Source: an uncultured virus (IMG/VR IMGVR_UViG_3300038393_002953) (taxonomy: Duplodnaviria > Heunggongvirae > Uroviricota > Caudoviricetes). From it: a DNA stretch of 64,000 bases. Numbering within the stretch: the stretch's first letter is position 1; each line of letters opens with the position of its first letter. Under the pieces are notes generated by a model. It did no database searches and was not told the origin of the DNA. It saw nothing but the letters and a program-made list of their open reading frames with translations. Shown here piece after piece: positions 34,081 through 46,000 of this stretch. The position numbers and the translations under genes are program-made. The DNA lies in IMG/VR virus record IMGVR_UViG_3300038393_002953; one strand, written 5' to 3'.

Positions 34081-37000
34081 ATGGCTACCGATGAACTGAA
34101 CCCCGAAGGCAACGTTGGCGTAGAGGTCCTGGTCGGCCTGGACACGGGAGACGAGGGTGTCGAGCGCCTGGAGAAGGCCCTCGTCAAGCTGATCTCGGAC
34201 GTCAACACGCGCATGGGCGCCAAGAAGCTCGCGATCTTCGACACCACGCAGGTGCAGGCGATCGAGAAGCTCTCGGCGATCATGGGCGGCATGAAGACGA
34301 AGAAGGGCTCCGAGAACTTCCAGTCGGTCACCAAGGCGTTCGAGGGGCAGTGGCAGAACGTCAAGAACTTCGCGGACCAGATCTCGCGCGTCGCCGAGCA
34401 GGTGGACCGCCTGAACGGCGTATCCTTCAACGTCATGGGCGCGCAGCCCTCGGCGGCCTCGAAGCACATGGCCGAGGAGGCGCTGCGCATGCAGCGCGAG
34501 GTCCAGCAGTACAGCCACGCGATCGCCAAGGCGACGGTCAACCCGGCGGCGGCGGACATGTACAACAAGATGGCCGACGGCTTGGCGCGCGTGAACATCG
34601 AGAAGCTCCAGGCGATCCAGATCGCCTTCGACAAGATGAACGAGGGCGTCTCGGGTACGTCGGTCGGCAACTTCATCTCGAACATCAAGGACATGCAGGC
34701 CGCCATGGGCGAAGCCGCGACCGACATGGGCGACCTGGCGTCGCACATGACCATGATCGCGACCACCTCCTCGCAGTTCCGCCGCGACAACCCCTTCCTC
34801 TCGTTCCTGCTCGGCGTGGATCAGCGGCTGGGCGCGGTCACGGAGAAGATGTCGGCCTTCCGGGGCGCGATGCAGGGCATGGCTTCGATGGACTTCCGTC
34901 TGCCCGAGGTCGTCCACGTCGGCGCGCCCGCGCACGGCGTTGCTTACCAGGCCGCCCGGCCCGCCGCGCCCATGCCCCCGGTGGCGCTGCCGCCCCAGCC
35001 GGTCCGCCCCGAGGCGCCCACGCGCCCTCAGGCCCTCGTCGCCCCGACGCTCGCGCCGATCGGCGGCACCACGGCCATCAAGGACGACCAGTTCCAGCGC
35101 GCCTTCAACCACCTCCAGGAGCTGCTGAGGTTCGGCCACGCGGAGTCGAAGAACCCGGTCGTCCAGGCGGCCTCCCAGCACCTCAACCTGAGCGGCGTCG
35201 TGGAGCGCATCGAGGACCTGCTCTCTGGCAAGCTCACCAGGGCCGTCAAGGGTTACCAGAACAACGAGGCCAGCGCGGAGCATGTGCGCCGCGAGCTGGC
35301 CGAGGTCAGCGCCGAGCTGAAGAGGTTCGAGGGGCTGCGCAAGACGATCGAGCGCGCCGACGAGATCATGGACCTCGACGGCCATGACGACCACTACGAC
35401 GAGGCCCACGATTTCGCGACCCACGTCAACAACGTGCTGGTCGAGCTGAGCAACGCCACGCGCAAGGCGAACGAGGCGCTCTCCCGCCGCATGGAGCAGG
35501 AGGCTTCGCACAAGAAGGCCCTGGAGAACTTCCACGCCGCAGGCGGCGACGGCGGCGGCGCGCAGGCACTGAAGCAGTACGAGACCGAGATGAAACAGTT
35601 CGAGGCGCGCATGTCTCGGTACGAGAACGAGATGCGCGCCTGGGAGCAGAAGGTCTCCGAGATCCAGGCCCAGGCGGCGCAGGCCCACACCGCCCAGGCG
35701 CAGGTCAACGCGCAGGCCACGTCCCAGGCGCAGGCGGCCTCTGCGGCGGCTCAGCGCCCCGGTACCCCGGCTGCGGCCTCGACCGCCGCGCAGGCTACGG
35801 CCTCGGCGGTCACCGCGACGGCCATGCAGCCGACATACGACCAGTACCCGGTCCGCGACGGGCGCACGCCGCTCCAGCAGGCCATGGGCAGCCTGAAGAC
35901 GCGCCAGGACATCTCGGCCTTCTTCCAGAAGACCGGCATCGGCGACCCCCGCGCGATCGCGCTGGAGATGGGCCTGGGCGCCAGCGCCCGCCCCGCCCGC
36001 GAGGAGCAGCTCCAGGGCGTGCGCATGGATCATGTGCTGGACGCCATGGCGCGCGCCAGCCACGGCAAGCACGGCTTCGGCAAGAAGGGCGGCCCCGAGG
36101 GCACCGTCAACAAGCTGCTCGCGAGCGTCTCCGCCGAGACCTTCGCGCTGGTCGGCGACATCCTGACCAACTCCGCCGATCACGACTCGCCCGATCAGGC
36201 CGAGATCCGCCGCCAGATCCGCGATCTGGAGAACCGCCCGCTCACTCGCAAGATGACGGCGGCGTCCGCGCGCGGCAAGGCGGGCAAGGCCTCCAAGGCG
36301 GTCCATGAGCTGAACCAGGAGCGCAAGGCCTACGCCCCCGGCCACCCCGAGTACGAGCGCATCGGCAAGGAGATCGAGCGCAAGAACCAGGAGATCGAAC
36401 TCTTCACCCACTACGCCGACTTCCCCGACAGCATCCCGGTCGAGGAAGCGGACGCCGCCGAGCGCGACGAGAAGCTCTCCCGTCTGCGCGCGAAGCTGAC
36501 CTCCAAGGGCGACAGCCACTTCGCGAACACCCAGAAGCGCTACGATGCGGGCAAGATCTCGTCGGACGAGGCGATGCTGGAGGTCCAAGCCCAGGCCGAG
36601 GAGCTGCTCATGCAGCGCGAGAAGATCTCGCAGGCCCGCCAGATGGCGACCGGCATGCGCGGCTCGCTGACCGACAAACTGCCCACGTCGGATCATGACG
36701 GCAAGCAGGCGATCGAGGCGCAGGTCGCGCAGATCGACAAGAACCTGGAGTACCTCCAGTCCGTCGAGGCCACGCTGGACCACGCGATGGTCTCGCTCTC
36801 GCATGCGATGACGAAGCTCTCCGGCGGCGACTCGCCCAACCGCGCGCGCGGCGAGGAGCTTCTGCACGCGGCGCTGGCGAGCCTGGGCCAGAAGGGCTTC
36901 TCGGCGCAGGCGCTGGCCTCCGTCGTGCCCGCCGAGTTCCACGACCGTGAGTTCGCGACCTACACCCCGGGCTCGGGCGTCGTCAAGGCCAACGTCCTCG

Positions 37001-40000
37001 CGGCGGCCCGCATGTTCGACAAGGCGCCCGCCGACCTCTCCCCCGAGGAGCTGCCGCAGGTCGCCCAGCGCGTCATGGAAGCCAAGCTTGCGCACGATCT
37101 CGCGCACCGGGGCCTCTACGAGAACATGACCGACACCGAGCGCCAGGGCACGCTGCTCGACTTCGGCGAGCAGTACGGCCTGGACCGCAAGCGCCTGATG
37201 CGCCTCGACAAGCGCCAGAACTTCTTCGACGAGGGCAAGGAAGGCTACAAGCCCATGTTCGAGGACGCGCAGATGCAGGCGCTCGCCAAGGAGATGGTCC
37301 TGGAGCGCGGCTACACGCTCGGTAAGACCGTGGACACGCGCCTGGACTTCCTGAACGAGGTCGCCTCGGAGGCCTACGGTCGCCACGTCTCGGGGCTGGA
37401 TCCGCTCCAGCACCTGGGCGACCCACACGAGAACAACCCGCTGCTGCGCATCCACGCCGCGACCACCTGGGACGGCCAGCGCCCGCCGATGGAGCCGATG
37501 GCCGCCGCGCGTCGCTCCACGCCCGCGCGCCCGACCTTCTCGACGCCGGTCTCGATGGGCCCCAAGCAGTGGCGCGTGGAGGTCGAGTTCCTCGGCAAGC
37601 GCTACGGCCTGAACGCCACCAAGGGCGGCGAGGAGGGCATCGCGCAGGTCGTGGGCATCCTGCCTAACCTGCTGAAGACCGAGACCGAGCGCAAGGCATT
37701 CAAGCAGTGGCGCGAGAACATGTACACGGAGACGCGCGCCGCCGAGTCCCCGATCAAGCCCGCCGACCCCGATCAGGTCCTGGGCGACCTCGACAAGGGC
37801 AACAAGGGCAAGGTCACTGTGACCGAGCCCGGCGGCCTGGCCGCGCCCGCCCAGACGACCACGCCGCCCGAGTCCGGCAAGCAGGGCAAGGGCCAGGGCA
37901 AGATCAAGGACGAGTCCGACATCATGCCCCACGAGGGCGTCGAGGTCGAGCGCAAGCCGTTCGTCCGCGAGGAGGACTTCTTCACCCCCGAGGACTTCAA
38001 GCGTCGCTACCCGAACGCCCAGGCCGTGGCCGAGGGCAAGTCGTCGATCGCCTCGACCATGGTCTACCACACCGGCGAGATCGACTCCAAGACCAAGAAC
38101 CCCGTGATGATCACGGCGACCACCAAGAACGGCCAGACCTACTACCAGAAGGCCGTCTCCCAGAAGGAGGTCATGGGCAACCTGGCGCCGCACGACCCGC
38201 TGCTCGGCGAGACGCTCGGCATGTTCCATAAGGGCTCGCCGCGCCTGACCGAGGCGCTCAAGGCGATGACCGGCGTGCTGAACATCGTCCCCAAGACGAT
38301 CCTGCCCGGCCAGATGGCCCACCTGGAGGCCGCCGAGGCCGTCCACGACCTGGGGTACGGCATGCGCCTGTACCAGGGCAAGACCTACCAGATGAACGAG
38401 CATGGCGGTGCCACGCTCCAGCCGATCGATGACCGCCTGATCCAGATCATGGGCGGCGATGCGATCGCGGCCATCACCAAGCGCCGCGACGACATCCTGG
38501 AGCGCGAGAAGCTCGCCAAGGGCCTCGCCCAGGCCGACCGTCGCCGCATCGCGGGCCGCATCCAGCAGATCGAGAAGATGGGCAAGTCCGGGGACATGAC
38601 CATGTTCCCGCACATCGCCTTCGGCGCCAACGACCAACAGAACCTGGGCATCGGCATCGACGAGAAGGGCCAGGTCGTCGTGGCGGACCGCTACGTCGGT
38701 TCCTCGACCAAGATCCTGCGCGGCGTCGGCAAGGACGCGCTCGGCGCGATCCCGATGATCGCCCAGCAGTACAAGGACGACCTCGGCGCCGACCTGACCA
38801 AGGAGCAGCGCGAGGAGAAGGTCTTCCAGCACCTCAAGGCGCAGCTCGGCCACGCCGTGGCGAACGACCAGAAGTTCTTCGAGACCGGCGAGTATTCGAA
38901 GGGCACGCATGCGCTCTTCTCGGTCGTGAACGAGTACCAGGCGCGCAAAGACGCCAAGGCCAGGGAAGAGGCCGAGCAGAAGCGCAAGGAGCAGGAAGCC
39001 GATGACTTCGCGGCGATCCCTCGCACGACGGTCTCCAAGGCCGAGCAGCGCGCGCTCGAAGCCCGCGCGAAGCAGGAGGAGAAGGACCGCCAGGAGGCGG
39101 CGACCCGCCGGGCCGCCGAGGAGCGCCAGCGCGTCGAGGACGGCTTGAAGCTCGCCCGCATGCAGCAGGGGATCGCCCCGCACGTCTCCACCGACGGCAT
39201 GACGCCCGATCAGATCCGCTCCGAGTACGCCAGGCGTCGCTTGGCGTCATTCGCCCAGAACGAGGCCGAGGCGCAGCGCCACGCCGCCCTGAACTCGACG
39301 CCCGACGTCCTGGCCGGGATGAAGTCCGCGAGCAAGCTTTCTGATCTGCTCAAGGCCTTCGGGAAGCTCGACATGGCCGCGATCGACCCCAAGGCGGCGA
39401 TCGAGGCGCTGGTCCACTTCGCCCGCCAGATGGAAGAGGTCACGGTGATCTCCCAGGGCGAGGGCCACGCGGCCTTCTACGACCCCACCATGAAGCAGCA
39501 GTACACCGCCGCGATCGCCACGTCGCGCGGCGTCGAGGCCGTGGGCGGCTCGAAGAACAAGGTCGGCGAGTACCTGGCCGCCAACGGCCACATCGGCGCC
39601 AAGCCCGAGGTCCCCGGCGCCGGGATCAAGACCGAGGCCGAACTCGAAGCGGAGCGCCTGAACAAGCTGTCCGAGGCGATCCACGACGCCGCCGCGCGCG
39701 GCAGCATCCAGGACCTGGTGAAGCTGTTCGGCCAGCTCGTCAAGGAGGGCGGCGACGCCAGCCGCGTGATGAGCGCGTTCATCCGCATGATGAACCAGGT
39801 CGAGGGACTGAAGACCGTGGCGTCGCACGCCCCGGAGTACCACCCCGACGGCACGATCAAGTCGCAGACGGTCGCCTACCGCGATCCCGCGACCGGCAAG
39901 ATCACGGCCATGACCGTCCGCGACGGGCGCGGCGCGATCTCGACCCACGCCGACGAGAAGGCATTCAACGCCCACATGACCCGCCTCGACAACAAGCCTT

Positions 40001-43000
40001 CGCAGGCGATGGAGATGCTCTTCGACGCGGTGGAGCGCGAGACCGGCAAGGTCCACCGCTTCTTCCGCGACGTGGACGGCAAGATCCTCTCGGTCGCTCA
40101 CGAGCTGCTCTCGGAGTCCGAGACCGGCGGGCTGGAGGTCGGCCACGAGGCGCTCAAGAAGGCCCAGCGCTACATCACCCCGGAGCAGCTTGAGCATCGC
40201 TGGCACGGGCTCTCGTTCCACACGCCCGAGGACGCGCAGGTCGCTTTCGGGCAGATGCGCAAGACCATGACAGAGCGCCACGAGGGCAAGCCGAACGTCT
40301 ACGGCGTGCTGAACCAGGCCCTCAAGGACTTCTCGCTGCTTGACCACGAGGGCAACGAGGTCGGTTCGGCGGACGTCTTCCGCAACATCAAGGGCGCCGA
40401 CAACGACTACACCATCTCCTACGTCAAGAACGGCCAGCACCGCATCGAGATGGCGAAGACCGAGCATGAAGCGCTCGCCAAGCTGCTGATGGTCGGCGCC
40501 GATCTAGGTAAGCAGGAGCAGCGCATGGCGGCCCGATACATCAAGGGCCGCGATAACGTCGAGGGCGCGCGCATGGCGTTCGGTCTCGACGGCGAGAACG
40601 CGCGCCTGAGGATCGCGGGCGGCACCGTCGCGAACGCCTCGCCGATCATGGGCCTGGGCATGCTCGCGGACAAGATCGGCCTGGGCGGCATCCCGCTGAC
40701 GCCGGGCTTCCAGCGCCACCGCACGGTCTACGACAAGGACCTTCGCCAGAACGTCGTCGAGCAAGAAGCCATCATCGAGCATCACGACAAGGAGTCGGGC
40801 GAGAAGTCCTACCACCTGGTCACCGCGAAGTACAGCGAGGACGACTTCAGGGCCCTGGGCAAGGGCGCCAAGGAAGTTCTCGATCTCGATCGCGCGCTCG
40901 ACGTCACCACCAAGCGCATGGTCAACATGCACGACGTGCTGCGCGAGGGCAACAAGATCAACGGCTCATACCGGGGCGGCCTGCTCGCGCTGATGCAGGA
41001 GATCTCCAAGTGGGGTATCGGCTACATGGCCGTGTTCGCCGCGATGGAGAAGGTCAAGGAAGGCCTCGGCGCGATCTACGACGCCTCGAAGAAGGTACCG
41101 ACCGAGCAGTTCAAGCTCGGCGAGAACCTGAACGTCATTCAGGGCGGCGTCGGCGGCGCTGAGGGCAAGGGGCGCGGCAACGCGGGCGCGTTCTACACGG
41201 CGGGCGGACAGAAGATGTCCATGCAGGAGGCCCGCGCGATCATCAAGGAGGCCGAGGAAGAACTCGCCTCATCCGGCGTGGATGTCGAGCAGGCCGTGCC
41301 CATCCTGGGCGCCCTGACCGCCTCCGTTCGCCAGCGCGAGGGCGCTAACTCGGTCTCGGTGGCGCGCGATCTGCTCAAGAAGGTCGGCCAGTTCTCGGCG
41401 GTCAACGACGTCGATCCCGCCGCACTCGCCGACTCGCTCCAGACCATCGGCGGCACCTACAAACTGGGCGGCGAGGGCCAGGACCGCCTGATGGAGGTCA
41501 TGAACCAGACGCTGCTCAATTCGGGCGGCTCGATCAACGCGCCCACCTACCTCAAGGCGATGGCCGACTCCGCCGAGACGTTCAAGAACGCGGGCGTGGG
41601 CACCGAGGGTCTCTCGCTCTTGATCGGCGCGGGCATGCAGAACGCCTCGCCCAACCAGGCGCAGCGCTTCGGCTCGACGATCCCGACGCTGATGGCGAAC
41701 CTGAAGGATCCCGAGATCCAGCGCTCGCTCCAGAGCGTCTTCAAGCGCGAGCATGGCGACCTGCGCAACATGTCCGTCCCCGACATCCTCGGCATCGTCC
41801 TCGACGAGCTGGGCACGGCGGAGAAGACCGGCAACATGACCCGCAAGGATCAGATCCTCCAGATGGTCAACGCGCGCGGTCAGGACACCCTGGCGCACAT
41901 GGCCTCCAACTCGCTCGACAAGATCTCCGAGATGACCGGCGGCAAGGTGACCTCGGCGAAGGAGTTCTTCAAGATCGCGCCGATGCTCGACCTCGACACG
42001 CTGAAGTCGATCGGCTCGCGCTTCGGCAAGCGCCAGCAGCTCGACCCCGCGCTCCAGCAGAAGATCCTTCAGGCGCAGATGCAGGTGACGATCCGCGAGC
42101 TGGGCGAGGAGGTCGCGCCGACCACGCTGATGGTCATGAAGGAGCTGGTCGAGGTCTTCAAGGACCTCAACAAGAACTCCGAGCCCCTCAAGAACAGCCT
42201 GCACGGCGCAGTCGAGCTTGCAAAGGTGATCGGCGGCTTCGTGATCGGCCTGGCCGACGCGGCTACCCGCTTCCCGCGCTGGGTCCTGGAGGCATTCGGA
42301 TCCCACGTCGGCAACTCCGACAAGGAGAAGATGAACGCCCAGGAAGGCGTCTCGGCGCCCGGCGCCCTGCCCGCGACGGCCCAGAATGGCGCGATGCCGC
42401 CCTTCAAGGCTGGCTCGCTCCCGTCCGTCCCCGGCGAGCCGACCGAGGCCTCGGCCCGCCATCCCTGGACGCTTCCGGGCGGCAACTTCAATCCGCTCCA
42501 GCCCATGGCGAACGGCCTGAACATGTGGCAGACCGACCCCTCGATCTCCACGGGAATGACGCTCGGCGCGGGCGCTCTCGGCTTGTTCGGCGCCTATAAG
42601 CTCCACTCCGGCGCGACGGCCTTCAAGGCGCTCCGCGAGGAGCAGATGCTGATGCGACAGCTCGGTCAGAACGTCTCCGGTCGCCAGCGCGTCGGCGGCG
42701 CGATGTCCGCGATCGCCGAGATGCTCTTCCCGTTCGGCGGCGGCTACGCGCGCGGCGCGTCGGGGCGCGCCAACGAGCTGCGCGAGCGCCTCCAGTACCA
42801 GAACGAGTCCAGCTCTCGCCTGTCCTCGCTGGAGGCAGCCGTTCGCGGCATGAGCGGCGCGGCGAACGCGGTGCCCGGCAGCCACGACCCCTTCGCGGGC
42901 ATGAACGCGGCGATGGACGCCGCCGACATCGCCTCGAACATGGCGGGTGGCGGCGCGCAGCCTCGTACCAACGCTCCCCACGCCCCCGGCGCCCAGCGCC

Positions 43001-46000
43001 CCGGGGTGCTGGGCCGCATCTCCTACTTCGCCCGCGAGCGCTGGCAGTCCTTCACGTCGCCCACCGAGAACACGCTGGCGCGCGCGATGTCCCGTGGCAC
43101 CGAGAAGAGCGCGGCAGCGATGGAGCGCTTCGCCACTTTCCTGGGCCGTGGCGCCGCCGAAGCCGCCCGCAACGGCGAGGAAGCCGGTAAGGTCGCCACC
43201 AAGATGGCGGGCATGGGCGCGAAGATCAGCGGCGTCGCCGAGGGCCTGACCACCTTCATGGGCGCGCTGCTCGCGATCCCGTCGGCGGTCGCGGCCCTGA
43301 CGATCGGCCTGGGCGTCGCGGCCACGGCGGCTGGCATCTTCGCCATCAAGGCGGCGGAGCGCACGCACGACGAGAAGGTCGAGGTCCAGCAGCAGGTCTC
43401 CAACAACCACGCGGACGCCCAGGTGGGCCTGCTCAAGCAGTATCGCACGGACCGCCGCATGCTGGAAAACCGCTCCAAGACCGGCACCGCCGAGGAGCGT
43501 AAGCAGGCGACTGACGCGATGTCCTCGCTGAACGACGTGATGGACAGGTTCAGCCACGACGCCCGACTCCAGCTTCTGCCCGGCGAAAATGAGACGGACG
43601 AGACCTACCAGGAGCGCCTGCGCAAGGTCCATACCGAGCAGCAGGACGCCTACGTCAGGGCGCGCCGCGAGTCCGGCGCGAACAAGATCGTCGGCGAGGA
43701 GTTCGGCAAGGAGCGCGACGCCAAGGCCGAGGCCGAACGTGTGGCCGCGCTCAAGAAGCAGGGCCTGGGTCCCGACGGCAAGCCGCTGACCGACCCCAAC
43801 GCCCGCCATGACCCCAACGAGGAAGTCATCGACTACCAGAAGCACCTGGGCCTGTCCGGCTCCTTCTCCGCCGAGGCGCAGTGGAAGGGCCAGAGCGTCC
43901 AGGCGATGGAGGGCGCTGGCATGATGAATTCGTTCACCGGCATCCGCTCGTTCCTGGGCACCCAGGGTTCCTTCGACAAGCGCATCCAGGACGCCGAGGC
44001 CGAGCTGGCCCAGGCCGAGCAGAAGACCAACGCGTCCGACCCGTTCCAGCAGGCCGAGCTGCGCGCGAAGCGCCAGGAACTCGACATGCTCAAGCTGGAG
44101 CGCCAGCGCCAGAACATGGAGCAGTCCGACCGCTACTTCTCGGTCTCGAACCAGATGATGGAGGGCCGCCAGCAAGGCATCGACCAGTACGCGCAGCAGA
44201 GCCGCATCAAGAAGGAAGGCGGCGCCTTCTCTGCCCGCGAGGACTACGCGATCCAGGCCTCGGTGACCGCCGAGATGGATTCGCAGATCGAGAAGCAGAA
44301 GGAGCTTGTCAAGGCCGAGCTTCAGCGCACGGACGCGCGCCTGCGCCCTGAGAAGTACCAGCAGCTCGAAGTCCAGCTCATGACGCTGACCACCAAGCAG
44401 ATGCAGGCACAGGTCAACCTGCTCAAGCAGAAGCTGGAGATCAACGCGCAGATGTACGAGATCGGCGGCAAGCTGCTCGACTTCGAATCGGCGATCGCCT
44501 CGGCCACGAAGACCGGCGGCGATCTCTCGGCCAAGAAGATGGAGATCAGCCAGAAGCACTACAACATGAACCTCTCCAGCCTGGCGAAGCTGATGGCGAC
44601 CATGAAAGACGGCAACATCGACAATATCATGAAGGAGGCAATTGCCCTGCTGACGCAGAACGCCAATCTCCTGGAGGAGAACCGCAACCAAGCGCTCCAG
44701 TACGTGTCGCAGATCGGCGAGTTCGTCAAGAGCTACTCCGACCTGGGCGCGTTGTGGGCGTCGGGTGAGGGCGCCAAGGACGCCATGAACATCCAGGCCG
44801 CGATGACCAAGGAGATGGTCGCGCAGAAGGATCTGGCGATCGCCGAGGCCACCACCAAGGAGGGCTCGATCGAGCGCGAGAGCGCCAAGCTGAAGATCCT
44901 GATGGCGCAGCGCGAGGTCCTGAACGCCCAGAACGCGCTGGCAGAGCGCCAGGTCCACGTCCAGGCGGAACTCTTCAAGACCCGCATGCAGACGCCCTAC
45001 GGCGGCGCGTTCACGGCCAACGTGAACGATCGCCTGGGCATCCGCAACAACCGCGACGTCGAGATGCGCGCGCTCTCCACTCTGCTCGACGACAACGGGC
45101 TGAAGGCGCAGGGCGACGCGATGGATCGCAACCAGGGCCGCCACTTCTCGCTCAAGCGCATGGAGGACGCCGTGGGCGCGCTCCAGGCCCGCCGCGATGC
45201 GCTGGCCGCGCTCAACCCCGAGGCCAACGTGCGCAAGGAGTTCGGCAAGGCTACCGCTAGCGCGGTCAAGAGCGCCAAGGGCAACGCCGAGGAGATCAAG
45301 CGCCTGACCGGCCTGCGCGACGTGCTGATTGGCCTGATGGGCCAGGGCGCGACGCCCGCTCAGGTCCAGTCCCTCGTCCGGCTGCTGCCCCGCTTCAAGG
45401 AGTTCGCGCAGCGCGAGAACCGCGAGAACTTCGGCGCGCACGGCGGCGTGACCACGCCCGAGAAGACCGCCCAGGCGGGCGGCTCTCAGATCGGCGCGAC
45501 CGAGGATCTCAAGGGCCAGGTCACCGGCATCCTGGGTATGACCGCCTCGCCCTCGACGATCAAGGAGGTCATGGACTCGTTCTCCGGCGTGGTGAGCATG
45601 AAGGGCTTCGACGCCTCGAAGCTCGACCTCTCCGAGATGGCGAAGTACCTGATGCTCTGGACGCAGCTCTCCAACGCGACCGGCGCCGTGACCGATGCGC
45701 AGGAGAAGCTGACCCGCGCGACCAGCATGACCAACGACGAGAAGAAGAAGGAGATCGAGTACCAGGACATGCTCGCCGATCGCCTGGGCGAGGAGGCCCA
45801 GCTCCGTGGCAAGCAGGCTGCCCTGGGCGCCCAGCGCGCCCACAACATGCGCAACGACGTCTTCGGCGGTTCGGTCTACCAGGCGCGCGAGCGCCAGGCC
45901 AAGATCGACGAGATCGCCGCGCGCATGGAGAAGGAAGCCGCGCACCGCGACGGCATGGTCGGCGACCTCAACGACCTGCGCGCCCGCATGGCGAAGGCCA

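Noticed and set aside
33334..45945. Very long minus-strand ORFs (1949 aa, 1558 aa), also 26846-30016, 59943-63920, 16977-18926 and 24216-26324
   Set aside because: Antisense shadows of high-GC3 plus-strand genes; no RBS or motifs, and composition typical of reverse-frame reading
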